Shown here: positions 38,419 through 49,346 of the stretch, piece by piece
Layout: each line of letters begins with the position of its first letter
How positions within the stretch are numbered: position 1 is the stretch's first letter
Source of the DNA: an uncultured Phycisphaerales bacterium
Lineage (GTDB): Bacteria > Planctomycetota > Phycisphaerae > Tepidisphaerales > Tepidisphaeraceae
Assembly: GCA_963758525.1 (NCBI GenBank)
Contig: CAVWVQ010000003.1
Span: 4,800,001 to 4,864,000, forward strand
Reading direction: 5' to 3'
DNA length: 64,000 nucleotides
Translations under genes and position numbers: made by a program
Notes under the pieces: model-generated
Told to the model about the DNA's origin: nothing
Seen by the model: the letters and a program-made list of their open reading frames with translations, nothing else
Database searches by the model: none

Positions 38419-41400
38419 TCACTTGGCGGCCTTGCGGCGTTTAACGGCGGGCAGAATTGGCACTTGAGAGAAGGTCAGGCCGCTGACCACCTGGCCGGTA
38501 GTGACCCTCAGCGTATAGACGCCGCGAGCACGCGGCGCCAACTTGAATCCCTTGCGCTTCACGATCTGAACGGTTTCCTGGGCACCCGCCAGCAGCCCGT
38601 TGAAGGCGAATGTGCCGTCGGCGTCGGTGGATTCCACCTCTCTGGTTGCTTTCCCATGCTTTGGATGCTGGGTCAGAATGACCTCAAAGCCGGCGGGTGA
38701 AGCCCCGTTCACGGCTACGACGCCGTTGATCGCCGCCGACTGGGTGAGGGCGAAGTCGGGGATCGTGACGGTTTGGCCGGCTCCGACCGTGACGGGCGCC
38801 GTTGGGGCAGCGGTCTGTCGCGTGCCAGGGGGTACCACCTCACGAACCGTTCGCGGAGCCGCCGGTCCCACGCCGGTGATGGTGTAGTTGCCGTTCGCGT
38901 CTGTCGTTGCGGAAGGATCGTTCGCCTCGTAACGGCCGCTGCCATTGACATCGACGTAGACCACCTGGCCGGCAAAGCCGGGCTCGCCGGCGTCCAGGAC
39001 GCCGTTGCCGTTGCGGTCGTTGAACACCGTGCCGCTGATGGCGCCGGCGTTGCGCGTGACACCGAACCCCGCGATTGTCACCGTCTGTCCGGCGCCAACG
39101 GTCACGGGCGCCAACCGCGCACTGGTTTCGTACGTTCCCGAGGAGACCAGCTCGTGAACGGTATAGGGTACGCCGGGAGTCAACCCCGCGATGGTGTAGT
39201 CACCATTGGCGTCTGTCGTCGCGGAAGGATCAGGCGCCTTGTATTGGCCGCTTCCATCCAGGTCGATATAGACCAACTCGCCCGCCAGGCCAGGTTCTCC
39301 GGCGTCTAAGACGCCGTTGCCGTTGAGGTCATTGAAGACCGTCCCGCTGATGGCTCCCGGGGCCACGGTCGTCCCAAAATCAGCGACGGTCAGCGTCTGC
39401 CCCACGGTGACCATCACCGGAGCTGACGGCGCAGTCGTTTCCCGCGTCCCGGCCGGGACCACCTCGCGAATGGCGTAGGGTACGCCGGGAGTCAGGCTGT
39501 TGATGGTGTAGTTGCCGTTGGCATCTGTTCGGGCGGAAGGATCGGTGGTCTCGTACGCGCCGCTTCCATCCAGGTCGACGTAGACGAGCTGATTCGCCAA
39601 GCCGGGCTCCCCGGGGTCCAATACGCCGTTGCCGTTGAGATCATTAAAGACCGTGCCGCTGATGGCGCCGGCATACAGGGTTGTCGCGAAATCGGCGATG
39701 GTCAGTGTCTGTCCTGCTATGACCGTCACGGGCGCCGAAGGCGCAGCGGTCTCCCTTCTTCCCAGTGGAACCACCTCGCGGACGGTGAACGGCGTGCCGG
39801 GCGCGAGGTCGGCGATGGTGTAGTTGCCGTTCGCATCCGTCGTCGCGGAGGGATCGGTTGTCTCGTATTGGCCGCTCCCATCGAGATCGATGTAGACGAC
39901 CTGGCCCGCGAAACCGGGTTCACCGGCGTCCAGCACGCCGTTGCCGTTGAGGTCATTGAAGACTGTTCCGGTGATGGAGCCGGAGTTCACGGTTGTGCCG
40001 AAATCGGCGATGGTGACGGTCTGTCCCGCCGAGACGGTGACGGAGCCCATTGGGGCCGTGGTTTCGCGTGTTCCAGCCGGGACCACCTCGCGAACGGTGT
40101 AGGGAACTCCCGCAGTCAGGCCGGTAATGGTGTAGTTGCCGTTGGCATCGGTCGTCGCTGAAGGATCGGCGGTCTTGAATTGGTCGCTTCCGTCCAAATC
40201 GACGTAGACGACCTGGCCTGCCAAGCCAGGCTCGCCGGCATCCAACACGCCGTTAGCGTTGAGATCATCGAAGACCTTGCCGCTGATGGCGCCTGGGCTT
40301 TGGGCTACGCCGAAATCGGCGATGGTGACTGTTTGACCCGCGGAGACGGTCACCGGCCCTGATGGTGCAGTGGTTTCCCGCGATCCGGGCTGCAGCACCT
40401 CACGCACGGTGTACGGCGTCCCGGGCGTCACGCCATTGATGATGTAGTTGCCATTCGCATCGGTCGTCGCGGACGGATCGGCGCTCTCATACTGGCCGCT
40501 CCCATTCAGATCGACGTAGACCATCTGGCCCGCCAGACCCAACTCGCCGGCGTCCAGCGCGCCGTTGCCGTTGACGTCATTGAAGACTGTCCCCTTTATA
40601 GAGCCTGAGGTCTGGGTGGTCTGCGGCGTTGTGACCGTGGCGGTGGTGTAGGTGTAACGCGTGTTCCCCTGGGCGTCGGTGATCTTCGCGCAGACCCAAT
40701 AGGCGCCCGGCGTGACACCTGCCGCGGAAAGCGTGGCTGCGCCGCCCGTGGCGACGGGGGCTTCGGCAAGGTTGGATGTGCCCAACGTCGCGGCGAAATT
40801 GTTGTTGTAGGGATTGCGATCGGTGTCGAGATAGAAAGTAATCGTGTCGGCGCTGTCGCGGTCCTGGTGAATATAACTGATGTCGAGTGAATTGCCGCTG
40901 GCCGTGGCCGCGAGGTCGGTGGCGTTGGCCCACTGGTTTCCCACCTGCCCGGCGGCGGTGCGCGCGCCGGTGCCTCCGGATGCCGCCCAAACGCCGCTCA
41001 ACGGCCGGGCCGCGCCGATGAGATTAGAATAGATCCATCCGGTTTCCGTGCGCGGCGGCATCGTCGGCGTGTTGCCGTACCAGTCGCTGTAGATGGGACC
41101 TTCGCCGCCATAGGTTGCGGTGGGATCGATCGTGCCGATGTAATATCCCGAAGGGGCAAGATGCGGAGTCGAGTAGCCCGCATCGTCAGTGTCGATCCAA
41201 TAGACGTTGAGGTTGTAAGCGCCGTCGATGGGGTCGCCGTCGTTGATCTGGCTTGCGCTTCCGTCATTTCGCCAGTAATTGTCGACGAATGCCACGTTGT
41301 CGAAAATGGTCGATGGCGGATCACCCTGCGCGGCGATCGGATCCGGATCGAGATCTGTCTCCTGGTCAACCCAGACACCGGCCTGGCCGAGAGTCTTGGA

Positions 41401-41838
41401 AACACCGTCCATGATTGCGGTGCCCCGGCTGACCCCGATTTCGTGAATCGGCAGCGAAGCGAGCTGGATGCCGTCCACCGGTGTGTTCAGCATGTAATTG
41501 GCGATCACCGACCCGATGTACGTGGAGGAATAAATTGGATTTGCGCTGATGTTGTAATAGTCGATGACAACGATGATCTCGCCGCTGCTGCTGGTCTGCG
41601 GGGTGCCGGTGCCGCTCACATGTTGAATGCTCGGAACCAGGTTCTCGGTGGCGGGATCTTCGTTAATCGAAAGAACATATTGCGGCACCTGAGCCGGTCC
41701 GCCCAACTGATTGGTGACGGTTTCGGCAAGTGATTGAATCCACCCGTTGGTGCCCCCGAGTCTTCCGGTGGCTTCGAGAATAACGCCCGCGAACAGCGTG
41801 CGATTCTCCAACGCTTCCATAACGAATGACGGACGCAT
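38419..41838 (-). CDS. Secreted protein: LEPRxLL-like leader, alpha/beta-hydrolase-like region and six SdrD-B (Ca-binding) repeats
   Basis: EALENRTLFA; HEIGVSRG; six ~102-aa repeats GTVFNDLNGNGVLDAGEPG..YVDLDGSG..TTDANGNY at ~38740-40600. Confidence 0.85.
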   Translation of the reverse strand: MRPSFVMEALENRTLFAGVILEATGRLGGTNGWIQSLAETVTNQLGGPAQVPQYVLSINEDPATENLVPSIQHVSGTGTPQTSSSGEIIVVIDYYNISANPIYSSTYIGSVIANYMLNTPVDGIQLASLPIHEIGVSRGTAIMDGVSKTLGQAGVWVDQETDLDPDPIAAQGDPPSTIFDNVAFVDNYWRNDGSASQINDGDPIDGAYNLNVYWIDTDDAGYSTPHLAPSGYYIGTIDPTATYGGEGPIYSDWYGNTPTMPPRTETGWIYSNLIGAARPLSGVWAASGGTGARTAAGQVGNQWANATDLAATASGNSLDISYIHQDRDSADTITFYLDTDRNPYNNNFAATLGTSNLAEAPVATGGAATLSAAGVTPGAYWVCAKITDAQGNTRYTYTTATVTTPQTTQTSGSIKGTVFNDVNGNGALDAGELGLAGQMVYVDLNGSGQYESADPSATTDANGNYIINGVTPGTPYTVREVLQPGSRETTAPSGPVTVSAGQTVTIADFGVAQSPGAISGKVFDDLNANGVLDAGEPGLAGQVVYVDLDGSDQFKTADPSATTDANGNYTITGLTAGVPYTVREVVPAGTRETTAPMGSVTVSAGQTVTIADFGTTVNSGSITGTVFNDLNGNGVLDAGEPGFAGQVVYIDLDGSGQYETTDPSATTDANGNYTIADLAPGTPFTVREVVPLGRRETAAPSAPVTVIAGQTLTIADFATTLYAGAISGTVFNDLNGNGVLDPGEPGLANQLVYVDLDGSGAYETTDPSARTDANGNYTINSLTPGVPYAIREVVPAGTRETTAPSAPVMVTVGQTLTVADFGTTVAPGAISGTVFNDLNGNGVLDAGEPGLAGELVYIDLDGSGQYKAPDPSATTDANGDYTIAGLTPGVPYTVHELVSSGTYETSARLAPVTVGAGQTVTIAGFGVTRNAGAISGTVFNDRNGNGVLDAGEPGFAGQVVYVDVNGSGRYEANDPSATTDANGNYTITGVGPAAPRTVREVVPPGTRQTAAPTAPVTVGAGQTVTIPDFALTQSAAINGVVAVNGASPAGFEVILTQHPKHGKATREVESTDADGTFAFNGLLAGAQETVQIVKRKGFKLAPRARGVYTLRVTTGQVVSGLTFSQVPILPAVKRRKAAK

Positions 41839-42269
41839 GTACTCCATTCTTCGCGACGGCATGCCGCCCGCAATCGAAGCGAGCGGTCATCGACCGAACA
41901 ACATTAGTCGCCGTACACGAGACGAAATTTGCGTCAGCAAAGATGCCTGAATGACTCTTCGGCCTCAGTCTTCTGCGGCCAGCCAAGTCGATCAGGCTGC
42001 CGACGCTAGCGCCCACGGCAATGAACTTTCGAGAGTGTATCTAACTCAAGTCATCCCTTCCCTGCAAGCCACGAAATTCCTCATGAAACAGCGGGCTGGC
42101 GTGCCAAAAAACCAACGTGCTGTCCCATCACGGTTTGCGTTCAAATCAGCCTTGACGGCGCACGATGGGAGCCGAGGCGACTGCGAGCTCATGCAGCTTT
42201 TTGGATGAAGGCCAAGGGGAACATGGGGGTGATGTAGCTTCTGTTCGCTTCCCTGTTATCTTTTGCGAC

Positions 42270-42962
42270 ATGAATCCGAAGCAGCGGGCGGCCGAGGCGG
42301 CGATGGGTTTTCTTCACAGCGGAATGGTGATCGGGCTGGGCACCGGATCAACCGCCGACTTCTTTCTGCAGGCCCTCGGCAACGCGTTGAAAACAGGACG
42401 ACTGCACGATGTTGTCGGCGTTGCGACGTCGCGACAATCGGAGCGACGCTCGCGGGAGCTCAACATTCCGCTCAGCACGCTTGCGGAGTCTCCAAGACTG
42501 GACGTGACAGTTGACGGCGCGGACGAAGTCGATCCGCAACTGGATTTAATCAAAGGCCTCGGCGGTGCGCTGCTGCGTGAGAAAATCGTCGCGCAGAATT
42601 CCAAACGGCTGATCATCATCGCCGACGCGAGCAAGAGCGTGCAAAAGCTGGGGACCAAGTCGCCGCTGCCGGTGGAGGTGGCGCAATTTGCCCACGAGAC
42701 CCAGGAGACTTTTCTCAAAAGCCTGGGAGCAATTCCGGTGTTGCGCCGCAGTCCGGACGGCTCGATCTTCGTGACGGATAACGGCAACTACATTTATGAC
42801 TGCCGGTTTACGGCGGGGATCGACGATCCGCGCCAGTTGTCGATCGCACTGCGCAAGCGGGCGGGAATCGTCGAAAGCGGACTGTTTTTAGGGATCGCGA
42901 CAGTGGCGCTGGTTGCCGACGACGACAACGTGGAAGTGAGAAACAGACGAAAACCCGAGTGA
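42270..42962 (+). CDS. rpiA: Ribose-5-phosphate isomerase A
   Basis: GLGTGST, DGADE, KGLGGALLREK, TDNGN. Confidence 0.96.
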   Translation: MNPKQRAAEAAMGFLHSGMVIGLGTGSTADFFLQALGNALKTGRLHDVVGVATSRQSERRSRELNIPLSTLAESPRLDVTVDGADEVDPQLDLIKGLGGALLREKIVAQNSKRLIIIADASKSVQKLGTKSPLPVEVAQFAHETQETFLKSLGAIPVLRRSPDGSIFVTDNGNYIYDCRFTAGIDDPRQLSIALRKRAGIVESGLFLGIATVALVADDDNVEVRNRRKPE

Positions 42963-43125
42963 CGAAATCCGGTGGCTTGCCCCCGAAGCCCATCGCGAAC
43001 TTTCGTCAGGCTGCTGACCAGCAAATCGCCCAAATTGTGCTTCGTCGGCTTCCGCATGAATCGGTCCTTTCATCTACTGCAACTGGGTGCCTACCGCACA
43101 TCTTCCAGGGTCTGCCAAGCTTTCG

Positions 43126-44388
43126 TCACGCTCGCTTGACGACGATCGCGCTGTTCTTGCTTCCAAACGCGATGCAGTTGCACAGGGCGGCCCGGACCTG
43201 CGCCGGCCGCGCTTCGTGCGGAATGTAATCCAGATCGCAGGCGGGGTCGTGATTTTGGAGATTGATCGTGGGGTGTAGGTATCCGCAGTGCATGCCGAGA
43301 ATCGTCGCCGCAAGCCCGGCTGCGCCGCAGCGCCCTGGGGATGGCCGATCATTGATTTGGTGGAGCTCATGGGGATGGACCGCGCGAGCGGGCCGAAGCA
43401 TTTCTTGATGGCGGCGGTTTCCATGCGGTCGTTGAGCTCAGTGCTGGTGCCGTGCAGATTGACGTAGTCGATGTCAGTTGTTGAAAGGGAAGCGTCGGCC
43501 AGTGCGAGCTCGATCGCGCGAACGGGTTCGAGCACGTCGGGGGCGATCTGGACCCGATGGTAGGCGTCGCAAGTTGACGCGTAGCCGGCCAGCTCCGCAA
43601 GGGCGGGCGCGCCCCGCCGAGCCGCGTGGTCGGCGTCCTCGAGCACAAACATCCAGGCGCCCTCGCCCAGCACAAATCCATCGCGATCGGCGGAGAAGGG
43701 GCGCGATGACTGGCGCGGATCATCCCATTGGCGCGTGGAGACGACGCGAAGCTTCTCGAAGGCGGTGAGAATGCCGTGCGAAATGATCGCATCCGCTCCG
43801 CCGGCAAGCATCATGGGGATAATGCCGGCGCGGATGAGCAGCGACGCGTAGCCCAGCGCGTCGGTGCTGCTGGTGCATCCCGTGGAGAGGACGTGCGACG
43901 GACCGCGAAGTCCCAGGGCGATGGAGAGTTCGCTGGAGAGGTTGCCGTGGGTGCCGGCAGTGATGGAAAAGAGGGAGCCTTTGCCCTGGGTGTGAAAGAG
44001 GCGGTATTGCTCCTCGACAAAGGCCTGCCCGCCGCCGCCGGTCCCCAGGGCAACGCCGATTGCGCTGAGCGTCGTGGTCGTCGCTGGAGATGTTGAGCCC
44101 GGCGCATTCCATCGCTTCCCTGGATGCGGCAAGCGCGAGGGGAATGATTCGCGGTACGCGGCGCAGTTCGGCGGGTTCGAGCACGGTGGTGGGATCAAAA
44201 TCGAGAATCTGCCCGACCGCAGTTGTTCGCAGACCGGCTGTGTCAATTCCCGCAGGGCGAACCAGGCCGCTGCGCCCGGCCCGGCAGGCCGCTCCAAAGT
44301 TCGCCCGGCCCACACCGTTGGGGCTGACCACCCCCATACCGGTGATGACGACGCGGGGACGATGGTGCGCTGATCCCGCAATTGGCAT
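43126..44388 (-). CDS. fabF: Beta-ketoacyl-ACP synthase II, two apparent frameshifts (~44065, ~43330)
   Basis: RVVITGMG, STGCTSS, RPFSADRDGFVLGEG, HGTST, KSMIGH and FGSKN spread over three ORF-track segments. Confidence 0.85.
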
Positions 44389-44530
44389 GGCATGCGATTG
44401 TAGGACGCCGCTCGGGAGAGGAGCCGGAGAAAGAAAAAAGGGGATTTACTTCAAATGTCTTGAGGAGCGCTCGTAGCCGCGGATGTACATCCGCGGCTTC
44501 TTTACAATCGGAGGGGCTGCCCTGCGCCAA

Positions 44531-45292
44531 TCACGCGTGCAACTGCGGACTGCGGCTCCAGGCGGTGACGATCGGAGGCTCGTCAGCACTGACAACGCCG
44601 ACCGTCTTTATCACGTTGAGCTGGGCGGCGAAGTCGATGTCCTCTTCCAGGCCGGCTTCGATCAGATTGAGTCCGCCTCGGGTGAATCGCAAGGTGGCAG
44701 GCAGCGCGTGGCGACTTTCGCCAAAGAGTCGCTCGGCGATTTGTGCGCAGTCGGATTCATAGTCGACTGCAGCAAGCTGTTTAAGCGAGGCGATCACCGC
44801 ACCAGCGCCCAGAACATCTTCCATTGCAATCGCGCCGTTCGTGCCTGCGCACAGCAGCGTGACGGGGCGATTGTCCAACGTCAGGCATTCGGCGACGGAC
44901 GCGGCGTTCACCAGCGCGCCGGCATAGATGCGAGCCGCGCCGGCGGTGGCAAGGATGGCGCGCGTGCCGTTGGTCGTGCTCATCAGCACTTCGCGACCGG
45001 CGTGGAGCGACGGCTGAAATGCGCCGGGGCTGTTTCCCAGGTCGAACCCGGGCGGGGGGAGACAGCGTGCTTCGCCACAGAGCAGCGCTGTCGGGTGTTT
45101 GTGACGGGCGGCGGCTGCGTCCGCCGTTGAGGAATAGATGCGGATCGATTGGACGCGAGCGTGCAGTGCGGCATTGATCGTGGTGGTCGCTCGCAGAACA
45201 TCAAAAACGACCACCGCGCGGCCCATGAGTTGGCGGGGGCTTAAATTGGAGGGAAGGAAGCAGACGTCAATTGGCAGAGCGGTTGTCGCCAT
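44531..45292 (-). CDS. comB: 2-phosphosulfolactate phosphatase family
   Basis: VVFDVLRATTT, GFDLGNSP, STTNGT, EDVLGAG. Confidence 0.9.
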   Translation of the reverse strand: MATTALPIDVCFLPSNLSPRQLMGRAVVVFDVLRATTTINAALHARVQSIRIYSSTADAAAARHKHPTALLCGEARCLPPPGFDLGNSPGAFQPSLHAGREVLMSTTNGTRAILATAGAARIYAGALVNAASVAECLTLDNRPVTLLCAGTNGAIAMEDVLGAGAVIASLKQLAAVDYESDCAQIAERLFGESRHALPATLRFTRGGLNLIEAGLEEDIDFAAQLNVIKTVGVVSADEPPIVTAWSRSPQLHA

Positions 45293-45372
45293 AAAAGAAT
45301 CCGGCAGGTGAAATCGGTGTTCACCTGCCGGCATGTTGTATCAGATTTTATTGGCGTCTCGCCGCTGGGCTC

Positions 45373-45600
45373 TTACGTCCGATTGGCATTGGCAAGGATA
45401 CTCCCCGGGCGAGCAAAGCGTTCCCAAGTCTCGCCATGGCATTTTGGACAGAGTCGCGGCGGGGTGACCACGCTTTCCGGCTCAAATCCGCAGCAGCGAC
45501 ATTGAACTTGGAACATGGCGGCGGGACGATCCAAAACCGGGTGAGGCTCGTAGGTCGCAAACTGCCCTTCGGCGGCGAATCGATCCATGCTAATCGACAT
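45373..45600 (-). CDS. Small zinc-ribbon protein
   Basis: CRCCG..CPKC; GAAGGAG RBS. Confidence 0.7.
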   Translation of the reverse strand: MSISMDRFAAEGQFATYEPHPVLDRPAAMFQVQCRCCGFEPESVVTPPRLCPKCHGETWERFARPGSILANANRT

Positions 45601-45657
45601 ATAAATCTCCTTCATTCCAACAGTTGCAGAAGAAACGCCCGTACTTTTGTGGGGTAA

Positions 45658-45673
45658 AGCAAGAGGCGTACCA
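45658..45673 (-). promoter_or_regulatory. sigma54 -24/-12 promoter
   Basis: TGGTAC-GCCTC-TTGCT on the minus strand, ~57 bp upstream of ATG 45600. Confidence 0.75.
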
Positions 45674-45765
45674 GCACCGGAGGACGATGGGCGCTCTGCC
45701 GCCGTGGCGTGTTGGAACTCAGCAGTCTCAGGGGAAATCTGACGGGCACGAGGACTGCGCCTTGC

Positions 45766-45782
45766 CGCGACAGTGTGTCGCG
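45766..45782. promoter_or_regulatory. Candidate enhancer (UAS) palindrome
   Basis: CGCGACA-GTG-TGTCGCG about 95 bp upstream of the -24 element; a degenerate copy lies at ~45795-45810. Confidence 0.5.
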
Positions 45783-45805
45783 TTGGCGGAGTTGCCGTCA
45801 CTGTG

Positions 45806-47203
45806 TCAGGCCTGCGGGATATTCTCTGCGATGGTGCCGGTCACGCGACCTTCCATCGCATACTGGCGAAGCTTGCGCTGCAACGTGCGCACGGAGATAC
45901 CCAGCCGATCGGCGGCGTGCGTTCGATTGCCATTGCACTGACCCAGCGCCTTGGTAATGGCGAGTTTCTCCAATTCCTCCATGGTGAGCCCGGTCGGAAT
46001 CTCGCTGGGTTTGCTGTTGGCCATCGCCCCGGCGGCAATCTGCTCGGGCAGGTCATTTTCCGTCAGAGTGTCGCCGTCTCCGAGCACCATCATGCTCTCC
46101 AGCACGTTGCGCAATTCCCGAACATTGCCCGGCCAGCGAAAGGCTTGGAGCCTGCGCATTACCTCGGCGGAGATGCGGCGCGGGGTCGTGTGCTTTTGTT
46201 CGGTGATCTCGCGAAGGAAATGCTCGACCAGAATCGGGATGTCGTCAGGGCGCTGGCGCAATGCGGGAAGCGTGATCGTCACCACGTTCAGGCGGTAGAA
46301 AAGGTCTTCCCGGAACGTGCCGGCTTCAACCATCTTCCGCAGATCGCGGCTGGTGGCCGTCAGCACACGCACGTCAACCTTGCGGTCTTCGGCTCCGCCG
46401 ACGGGCGTGAGCGTCAGGGTTTCGAGGACGCGCAACAGTTTGGCCTGCAGTCCCAGCTCGAAGTCGCCGATTTCATCGATGAACAGAGTCCCGCCATCGG
46501 CCTGCTCAAATCGGCCCATGCGTCTGTCAGTAGCGCCGGTGAAAGCGCCGCGAACGTGGCCAAACAGCTCGCTTTCAACCAATGTCGCGGGAACGGCAGC
46601 ACAGTTGACCGCAACGAACGGTCCTTTTTTCCGGCTGCTGTTGTGGTGGAGCGCTTGGGCGACGAGCTCCTTGCCGGTGCCGCTCTCGCCGAGAATGAGG
46701 ACCGTGCTGTCCACGGGCGCGGCCCGCTGAATCTTGGCGAACACATCCTTCATGGGCTTGGATTCGCCGATAATTTTATCGAGGCCGAACTTTTGATCGA
46801 GGCGGCGGCGGAGGTTGTCGATCTCCTTGTCCTTTTGCTGGGTCTCAACCGCTCGGCGGACCAGGACAGCCAGCTCGTCGGCATTGATCGGCTTGGTAAC
46901 GTAGTCATACGCGCCGGCCTTGATCGCCTCCACGGCGCTGTTCACGCTGCTGTGTCCGGTCACGAGAATAAACTGCGTTTCAGGCCGTCGCTTCTTCCAA
47001 AGCTGCAGCAGATCGATCCCGCTGACATCGCCCATCTGCAGATCGCTCAGCACGACATCAATGTTCTCATCAATGTAGCCGATGGCTTTGTCCGCGTTCT
47101 CAGCGCCCAGAACGGTGAATCCCTCCGACTTGAGAAGGGCACTGACCGCCCGCCTTTCGGTCTCATGATCTTCCACGACTAGAATGCGGCCGGCACTTGC
47201 CAT
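45806..47203 (-). CDS. sigma54-dependent response regulator (NtrC/AtoC family)
   Basis: Receiver domain, GESGTGKE, GAFTGA, FIDEIG, WPGNVREL, Fis HTH. Confidence 0.95.
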   Translation of the reverse strand: MASAGRILVVEDHETERRAVSALLKSEGFTVLGAENADKAIGYIDENIDVVLSDLQMGDVSGIDLLQLWKKRRPETQFILVTGHSSVNSAVEAIKAGAYDYVTKPINADELAVLVRRAVETQQKDKEIDNLRRRLDQKFGLDKIIGESKPMKDVFAKIQRAAPVDSTVLILGESGTGKELVAQALHHNSSRKKGPFVAVNCAAVPATLVESELFGHVRGAFTGATDRRMGRFEQADGGTLFIDEIGDFELGLQAKLLRVLETLTLTPVGGAEDRKVDVRVLTATSRDLRKMVEAGTFREDLFYRLNVVTITLPALRQRPDDIPILVEHFLREITEQKHTTPRRISAEVMRRLQAFRWPGNVRELRNVLESMMVLGDGDTLTENDLPEQIAAGAMANSKPSEIPTGLTMEELEKLAITKALGQCNGNRTHAADRLGISVRTLQRKLRQYAMEGRVTGTIAENIPQA

Positions 47204-47322
47204 CGTTCCTCTTCTCGGGGGCGGCAAAATTGCCGTCCGGGACACAAAGTCATACCACAGAAGCTTCGTGGCCCACAACGTGCAATTTACGCTGCGGCGC
47301 CAGTGGTTAGAATCAGCGTGAC

Positions 47323-48978
47323 GTGTTCAAACGATTCCGGCGGCTGGAAATCTCGCTTGCCGCAAAATGCCAGATCCTGTTCGGTGCGGCGGTGATCCTC
47401 ATCATCGGCGCGGCGCTGGCAGTTCCGTGGCGGCGGATGGAGCAACTGACCGGCGAACTGAACGGTCGCGCCGCGGCGGCACTGGCCGACAACGCGCTGC
47501 TGGAGCATGCCCTGATTCAGCGGACACCGTGGCCGCACGTCGATCTGACGACCCAGCCTTATTCTCCACCCGAGCCGCATGAGATTCGGCCTGCCGGGGT
47601 TGTCCCGCGGCTGATCGCGATCGATGCGCCGGATTCGACACCGCTCACTAAGTTTGAGCAACGCTCGCTGGGTTATTTCCGACGCCATCCCGAGTCGGAA
47701 TCCCGCTCGGCTTATTCAGATGACAATCAGCGCTACTTTTACGCACGCCCCGTCTACCTGGGCCATGGATGCATCGCGTGTCATTCCTCAAAGGCTTCCA
47801 CCACCGCGCCGACAGGGACGACCCTGCCGGCCGAGGCGCGCGATCTGCTTCCGCCGGTCGATCACTCCGAGTTGGTGGGAATGGTCAGCATCGACATCAC
47901 CAACCGCATTCCGCAGAATCAGCTTCTGCTCAATCGCGTCTTCATCATGGTCGCGGGACTGGTGGGCGGAACGCTGGCGATTCTCTGCTTCTACCTGATC
48001 ACGACGCGGCTGATTCTACAACCCGTCCGCGTGCTTCAGGAGACGGCCCAGCGCGTCAGCGAGGGCGATCTGAACATTCGTTCCGATATCAGCACCGGCG
48101 ACGAATTTCAGCAGTTGTCCGAGACGTTCAACGCCATGCTTGCGAATCTGAATGAAACGACCGACCAACTGCGGTCGATCAACACCGGGTTGGATCTGAA
48201 GATCGGGCAGTTGGCCGAGGCAAACGTCGCGCTGTACGAGTCGAACCGGCTCAAGAGCGAATTTCTCGCCAATGTGAGCCATGAACTGCGCACGCCGCTC
48301 AATTCGATCTTGGGGTTTGCAGATCTGCTGAAAGACGCGCTGAGCGGCGCCGCCGACGCGAAGCCGTCACGTTATGTTCACAACATTCTGCAAAGCGGGC
48401 GGGCACTCCTCGAACTGATCAACGACCTGCTGGACCTGGCGAAAATCGAGGCCGGGAGAATGGAGATTCGCTCCGAGCCATTGTCGGTCGGCGATCTGTT
48501 TGAGGGCCTGGAGAACATTCTCAAGCCGCTGTGCGAGCCGCGCCAACTGGTGATTGATACTGCCGTCGCCAACAACGTGCCGATCCTGCAGACTGATCCT
48601 GGCAAGCTGCAGCAGGTGCTCTACAACTTTCTGTCCAATGCCATCAAATTTTCCCCCAATGGTTCGGTCATCGACTTGGTCGCTGTGCGCGAAGGAGAGC
48701 AGCACGTTCGGATTTCGGTGACCGATCGCGGGCCGGGAATCGCGATGGACAAGCAGCAGCTCATTTTCGAGAAGTTTCGGCAGGTCGACGCTTCCGTGAC
48801 GCGCACGCACAGCGGCAGCGGATTGGGCCTGGCGATCTCCAAGGAACTGACGGCAATGATGGGCGGAACGATCGGCGTTCGCAGCGCCGCAGGCGAAGGT
48901 GCGACGTTCTGGATTGTTCTGCCGCTCAGGATTCAGCCCAGCGTGCTGGATGTGCGCGGGCGCATGGTGCTGAGCTGA
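47323..48978 (+). CDS. Sensor histidine kinase with CxxCH-containing periplasmic domain and HAMP
   Basis: Two TM helices, CIACH, SHELRTPL, NAIKF, GSGLGL. Confidence 0.92.
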   Translation: MFKRFRRLEISLAAKCQILFGAAVILIIGAALAVPWRRMEQLTGELNGRAAAALADNALLEHALIQRTPWPHVDLTTQPYSPPEPHEIRPAGVVPRLIAIDAPDSTPLTKFEQRSLGYFRRHPESESRSAYSDDNQRYFYARPVYLGHGCIACHSSKASTTAPTGTTLPAEARDLLPPVDHSELVGMVSIDITNRIPQNQLLLNRVFIMVAGLVGGTLAILCFYLITTRLILQPVRVLQETAQRVSEGDLNIRSDISTGDEFQQLSETFNAMLANLNETTDQLRSINTGLDLKIGQLAEANVALYESNRLKSEFLANVSHELRTPLNSILGFADLLKDALSGAADAKPSRYVHNILQSGRALLELINDLLDLAKIEAGRMEIRSEPLSVGDLFEGLENILKPLCEPRQLVIDTAVANNVPILQTDPGKLQQVLYNFLSNAIKFSPNGSVIDLVAVREGEQHVRISVTDRGPGIAMDKQQLIFEKFRQVDASVTRTHSGSGLGLAISKELTAMMGGTIGVRSAAGEGATFWIVLPLRIQPSVLDVRGRMVLS

Positions 48979-49081
48979 CAGTCTGGTGATTGGAACGTGA
49001 CGGGACGGGGTAGCGAAACGTGAAGCCGTGACCGGGGGTGATCGCGGGGCGTGCGCGAATTTCCGGAGTGACTTCTTGCCT

Positions 49082-49196
49082 CCTCCTCTCATACCCGGGG
49101 GAGGACCTAGGTGGGGGGAGATCGTTCATTTGACGCGGCCCGCCGAACGGACGAACCCCCACCCCAACCCTCCCCCAGAGTACTAAGGGAGTGGGC
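49082..49196. repeat. Intergenic inverted repeat of the CCCCACCCCAACCCTCCCCC type
   Basis: GGGGGAGGACCTAGGTGGGGG ... CCCCCACCCCAACCCTCCCCC..TAC..GGGAG between convergent genes. Confidence 0.45.
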
Positions 49197-49346
49197 AAGA
49201 GCGGGATATCGCCGCGAACAGGTTGTACCCGGAAATTCGCGCACCCCGAGATCGCGCGATCATGCGCTTTCTCTTCACGTTTCACGTCTTCACGCGTCAC
49301 GTTTTGAGTCCGGCCTCTTCGTCACGTTCCAATCACCCATCACCAG

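Noticed and set aside
38740..40600. ~306-bp tandem repeats as a CRISPR array or DGR template/variable repeats
   Set aside because: They are in-frame protein domain repeats; no spacers were seen and there is no reverse transcriptase in the window.
44531..45292. comB as a competence gene linked to mini-ComM
   Set aside because: Name coincidence; the motifs are those of 2-phosphosulfolactate phosphatase.
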